Below are positions 60,411 to 64,000 of a stretch of DNA of 64,000 bases, in pieces. Source of the stretch: Promethearchaeota archaeon (GTDB lineage: Archaea; Asgardarchaeota; Heimdallarchaeia; Hodarchaeales; Hodarchaeaceae). Each line of letters begins with the position of its first letter. Position 1 is the first letter of the stretch. The stretch is from the NCBI GenBank assembly GCA_048938105.1, contig JBHLMN010000001.1:192001-256000 (forward strand), given 5' to 3'. Under the pieces are notes generated by a model, which did not search any database, was not told the DNA's origin, and saw nothing but the letters and a program-made list of their open reading frames with translations. Made by a program: the position numbers and the translations under genes.

Positions 60411-61166
60411 ATGGGGAACTTAAGGAATCCAAGTATATTAGCTGCAATGGCTGGTATAACGGATGGTGATTTTGCAAGACATTGTTTGCTGAAAGGCGGA
60501 GCAGGAATGGTTACTATTGGAGGATATTCTATTGGAAAAGAAATGATAACAGCTTCAAAGCAAGTTACTCAAAGAGGCAGAAAGGAATTCATTCTACGTG
60601 TTGGAAAAGAGGCAAATGATATATTGAGAGAAGCACACATTGTCTCCACTTTGACCAAGCTCATCATCAACCTAAGGCTCAATAGCTTAAAGGTTACCAG
60701 AAATTTTGTTCAAAAATTTGAAGATCTCATCAATATAAGCCCGATAATTGAAATTAATGCCCATTGTCGGCAAAAAGAAATTTTGCATATAGGAGGAGGT
60801 CAAAGTCTTTTACAACGTTTTGATGTCCTTACAAATATTATCAAGATATTCCATTCTAAAGATTTTAAGGTTTCTTTAAAAGTACGTGGAAATGCTGTAC
60901 ATCCAGATATATTAATCCCTCAAGTGAATCAATGGCAGCTCGACTATTTACACATTGATTCTTATAAAACAGGAGAGGAAGGAACCGATTTGGAGTTGTT
61001 GGAGCTTTATTCTAATGAAATAAATGTTCCTCTTATAGGAAACAATTCAGTGGTAGATAAAGAAAGTGCTCAAGCTATTTTAGACACAGGGATCCAATAT
61101 TTCTCAGTTGCAAGAGCAGCAAGAATGAATCCCTCTATCTTTAAAACTCTCGTGAAAAATTATTAG
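60411..61166 (+). CDS. Dihydrouridine-synthase-like TIM-barrel flavoprotein (MJ0144-like)
   Basis: LAAMAGITD, IGGY, RGRKEF, EINAHCRQ, SLK.R, H.D, IGNNSV, SVAR. Confidence 0.82.
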   Translation: MGNLRNPSILAAMAGITDGDFARHCLLKGGAGMVTIGGYSIGKEMITASKQVTQRGRKEFILRVGKEANDILREAHIVSTLTKLIINLRLNSLKVTRNFVQKFEDLINISPIIEINAHCRQKEILHIGGGQSLLQRFDVLTNIIKIFHSKDFKVSLKVRGNAVHPDILIPQVNQWQLDYLHIDSYKTGEEGTDLELLELYSNEINVPLIGNNSVVDKESAQAILDTGIQYFSVARAARMNPSIFKTLVKNY

Positions 61167-61230
61167 AATTGATTTTTTTACTTCCTCTTGAATAAACGAA
61201 GGTGTTTAGCTTCTGGAAAAATCTGAGATT

Positions 61231-61881
61231 ATGATACTTATTCCTATTAAAGATTTTTTTGAAACAAAAACACGAATAAAGTCAGCTATACCTGCAAGGT
61301 TTTCCTCGCTTATAGATAATTTAGTAGAAGTCACATTTTTCCAAACCATTGATATTATAAGATCAACTTCATATCTTTTTGGTGTTATTTCTCCTTCGAT
61401 TTCTATTCTAAACCAAAGTAAGGAATTAGGAGCTATATTTACTTATTGTGACTTGGGTATCGATTTAAATTTAGCGTTAACAGAAGCTATTCAAGAAATA
61501 GCACGAGAACAGCAAATTCTAATCCTTATGCCAGATTTACCATACATATCTCAAGAATTTTTACAACAGTTGGTTAATGAAACTGTAAATAATGATGTAC
61601 TGATCGTTCCATCAATTTCAAGTGATGAAAATTCAGGAACCGCTGCATTGTATTTAAAAAAACCTGATTTATTATCATTTCAATACGGAAAATATAGTTC
61701 CAAACGATTTCAATCAGAAGCTAATTCCAAGAACCTCAAGTGTCATGTAATCAACTTTGATCCTTTTGCTAGAGATTTAGATACTATAAATGATGTTGAA
61801 TATTTAAAACAGCATTTGATGTTGGTTTTTGAGCCTAATCGCTTTAGAAAAATATTAGAACAGATAGAGGTAATGAAATAG
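61231..61881 (+). CDS. cofC: 2-phospho-L-lactate/PEP guanylyltransferase
   Basis: IPIK....KTR, LN.AL, MPDLP, GT..L, F.YG..S...F, DLDT..D, with cofD context. Confidence 0.82.
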   Translation: MILIPIKDFFETKTRIKSAIPARFSSLIDNLVEVTFFQTIDIIRSTSYLFGVISPSISILNQSKELGAIFTYCDLGIDLNLALTEAIQEIAREQQILILMPDLPYISQEFLQQLVNETVNNDVLIVPSISSDENSGTAALYLKKPDLLSFQYGKYSSKRFQSEANSKNLKCHVINFDPFARDLDTINDVEYLKQHLMLVFEPNRFRKILEQIEVMK

Positions 61882-61883
61882 CT

Positions 61884-63059
61884 CTAAATAGAGATTTCCT
61901 TTAATTCCTTAGATGTAACACGAGTTTTCCCTGCAATATAAGCGAAAATTCCTGTAATAATGATAAAATAGAATTTCACTAATTGAACTAATATTGCACC
62001 AGCAGCAGATGTATCTGTTCCCAAATTCAATCCCATCTCTAAGAAGACTGTCAAGGTGATCTCCTTCAATCCAGCCATCCCAGGAATGCCGACAGGGATT
62101 GCATCAATTGTTCCTCCAAGAAAATTAATTGCAGCTACCTGATCAAGCAATATTTGAATACCAATAGAGTGTAGAATTAAATAAATAGAAATCCAATGTG
62201 CAACTTGAGAAAAAAAGGCTAATATTAGTGTAACAAAAGACAATAACTTATTTTGAGCTAAATATTTGAACTGGATACTAAAATCATCAATAATTTTTTC
62301 ACTTGGCTCTATTGCATCTTTTGCAAATCTTCCAACAAGAGGAAAGGGGTATAGTGCTTTTAAAATAAGTGTTACAACTCTTTTTGCCATATTAGGGCTT
62401 ATTGCAATAAGAATAAAGAAAATTATGACTAAAATAGATAGTAGAGAGATAATTAGTACAAAAATAATTGCCACATCATCAGACAAAGGTTGACCTGTTC
62501 TATGCTCGATTATATTGCTAAAATATTTTAGCATTGCAAATGCTACAAAGGTTGATATGGGAATGAATGCTATCAAACCACAGAGTCTATGAGCTACAAC
62601 ACTAGAAAGTATTTCTCCACTAGTCGCATTGCGATTTTCTCTTTCATTAATGAACGTTTTAGTTCCCAATGCAATCCTCATCAGACTTTCAATAGCTCCA
62701 GCGCTCGGAATCAGTAATCCATAAGAAAATGAAGCAAGTTGAATACGATAAACTGCTGAAGTAGAAGGTCGAATAGAAGAGATTCCTAAGAGTATTTTCC
62801 ATGCAAGAGTATCAAACAGAATGGCAATAAAAGTAAAAAACGCCCCTGAAACTAAAATAATGAGATCTGCACTCAACATAATTTCAAGCATTGTGAAAAT
62901 ACTTACATTTCCTAAATACAGATAGATAAATAAAACTATAACAGCGAAACTTAGCAATAATAAAGTTTTCTTATCAAATGCTTGTCTTAGAGAGAATTCG
63001 GTCTCTTCTACAAATAATTCCGATGAGGGTTCCACAAAATAGACCTCAGATGAGGTCAT
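61884..63059 (-). CDS. Lysylphosphatidylglycerol-synthase TM domain (UPF0104) protein
   Basis: W..LL, P......E..R, R.....F, PG..G..E, multi-TM. Confidence 0.75.
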   Translation of the reverse strand: MTSSEVYFVEPSSELFVEETEFSLRQAFDKKTLLLLSFAVIVLFIYLYLGNVSIFTMLEIMLSADLIILVSGAFFTFIAILFDTLAWKILLGISSIRPSTSAVYRIQLASFSYGLLIPSAGAIESLMRIALGTKTFINERENRNATSGEILSSVVAHRLCGLIAFIPISTFVAFAMLKYFSNIIEHRTGQPLSDDVAIIFVLIISLLSILVIIFFILIAISPNMAKRVVTLILKALYPFPLVGRFAKDAIEPSEKIIDDFSIQFKYLAQNKLLSFVTLILAFFSQVAHWISIYLILHSIGIQILLDQVAAINFLGGTIDAIPVGIPGMAGLKEITLTVFLEMGLNLGTDTSAAGAILVQLVKFYFIIITGIFAYIAGKTRVTSKELKEISI

Positions 63060-63129
63060 GAGGCGAGACCTTCATATATTCTTTTGCTAAAAAACGATAT
63101 GTGCCAACCATAACATAAGATGGTCTAAA

Positions 63130-63339
63130 ATGGATATTCCTGAACTGGTCTTCGTTTACTTGGGGCCCATTCTATACAATCTTGTTTTCATTTCATTATG
63201 GATCCTCTGGTTTATATACCATCGAGATGAAGAAAATCGTGGTGTAAAACGCTTTTTCAGACGATATCTCCAAAACGATAAATGGTTCTATCCTATTACT
63301 GGATTATTAATTGTGGCTTTCCTGTACATACTTCTTTGA
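63130..63339 (+). CDS. Small two-TM hypothetical protein
   Basis: 69 aa with two hydrophobic helices and a basic loop. It fills the gap between two minus-strand genes and overlaps the convergent gene by 33 nt. Confidence 0.5.
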   Translation: MDIPELVFVYLGPILYNLVFISLWILWFIYHRDEENRGVKRFFRRYLQNDKWFYPITGLLIVAFLYILL

Positions 63340-64000
63340 TATGATGTGACTTGTTCCATAGCTATTCTGATATTCTTTGATCAACATTTTAGGATCATTG
63401 AAGGCAGGAATAACCCACACATAAGGTTTTGTTACTCGTTGTCCTTTCTTTATCTGATGAATGAACCCCCTTTCATGAAGATATTTTAGTCGCTGAATCA
63501 AAAAATCAGGATGTCGCCCTTTGAGTAAAGTTTTTAGTTTTGAATGGAATCGAAGCTCATTTGTATTGCGAATTTTGTGATCTCCTAGAATTTTAATTAT
63601 TGTAAGACAAACTTTTTTTGCAAATTCTCTAGCATAAACTGTTTTCAAGTCATAAGAAGCCACTAATGTTTTTAATTCGTCATGCTTATGCCATAATCCG
63701 AGTAAAGGATCTTTAGAAACAGACATGCAAAGATCATTGTAGAATTGTATGACTCCTCGCTGATATAGTCCAAATGTATACCCTCTACCACGAAGTTTGG
63801 GAGGATAGGGGGTATGTTCATAACCTAATTGATCACATAGCCTCATTACATTTTCTAGTAATACCTTATTTTTTTGACCAAAGTATAAATTTTTACTTAC
63901 ACAACCATCATCAAGAAGAAATGCAGCAAGAAACTGTACTTTCCATGCATGATATATTGGAGGAAGGTCTATTATAAATTGAATGAACTTAGGGGTTTTT
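63307..64000 (-). CDS. LAGLIDADG endonuclease-domain protein with C-terminal winged-helix-like segment, 5' end outside window
   Basis: The frame is open to the window edge. The extension upstream of the track's ATG reads ...QFLAAFLLDDGCVS...FGQKNKVLLENVMRLCDQLGY. Confidence 0.7.
   Translation of the reverse strand, partial: KTPKFIQFIIDLPPIYHAWKVQFLAAFLLDDGCVSKNLYFGQKNKVLLENVMRLCDQLGYEHTPYPPKLRGRGYTFGLYQRGVIQFYNDLCMSVSKDPLLGLWHKHDELKTLVASYDLKTVYAREFAKKVCLTIIKILGDHKIRNTNELRFHSKLKTLLKGRHPDFLIQRLKYLHERGFIHQIKKGQRVTKPYVWVIPAFNDPKMLIKEYQNSYGTSHIISKKYVQESHN

Noticed and set aside
49206-61881. Methanogenesis inferred from cof genes
   Set aside because: F420 biosynthesis is widespread in non-methanogens and no mcr/mtr genes are present.
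3048-62493. Many short ORFs in the track that are antisense to or nested in larger genes (e.g. 4080-4418, 18701-19078, 23857-24141, 25913-26404, 46704-46994, 53229-53522)
   Set aside because: They overlap well-supported genes almost entirely and have no motifs, so they are treated as shadow ORFs.
63307-63400. Intein C-terminus suggested by terminal SHN
   Set aside because: It is followed by a stop rather than Cys/Ser/Thr, block F is missing, and the codons overlap the convergent gene.
63774-63977. 67-aa plus-strand ORF
   Set aside because: It is antisense to the extended LAGLIDADG reading frame.
1-64000. CRISPR array, tRNA or rRNA genes
   Set aside because: No regularly spaced repeats or GC-rich cloverleaf/rRNA-like segments were seen by eye. 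tRNAscan and CRISPR tools were not run.

Overview
Archaeal genomic DNA. Evidence is PriL/PriS primase, cofG/H/C/D, an HTH-CBS regulator and GGTGA/GGAG Shine-Dalgarno sites. The eukaryote-like primase motifs suggest an Asgard archaeon, possibly Heimdallarchaeia/Hodarchaeales (inference). About 48 kb (1-48.3 kb) is a large, heavily decorated cell-surface glycan locus. It holds three UDP-sugar dehydrogenases, WecB, ManC, a GDP-mannose 3,5-epimerase, GT4/GT2/GT-C enzymes, two flippases, a carbamoyltransferase, methyltransferases, three de-N-acetylase-like proteins, two sulfotransferases, an FkbH protein, TagD/TagF-like enzymes and a cytidylyltransferase-PLP fusion. It also embeds its own donor-supply cassettes: SAM (split MetE plus bacterial-type MetK) and PAPS (sat, alkaline-phosphatase-fold protein, cysC, two small RHH proteins with a shared LEKLGY tail). 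The rest carries F420 biosynthesis genes, primase, an intact IS607 element (TnpA, TnpB, predicted omega-RNA), an IS607 scar not in the ORF track, pcp, lplA and a LAGLIDADG-domain gene running off the right edge. The leading candidates for new biology are a sulfated, glycosaminoglycan-like archaeal glycan pathway, the RHH-LGY/AP-fold sulfation cassette, an RHH fused to a degenerate nucleotidyltransferase, and a DUS-like flavoenzyme coupled between cofD and cofC. No CRISPR array, rRNA or tRNA was seen.
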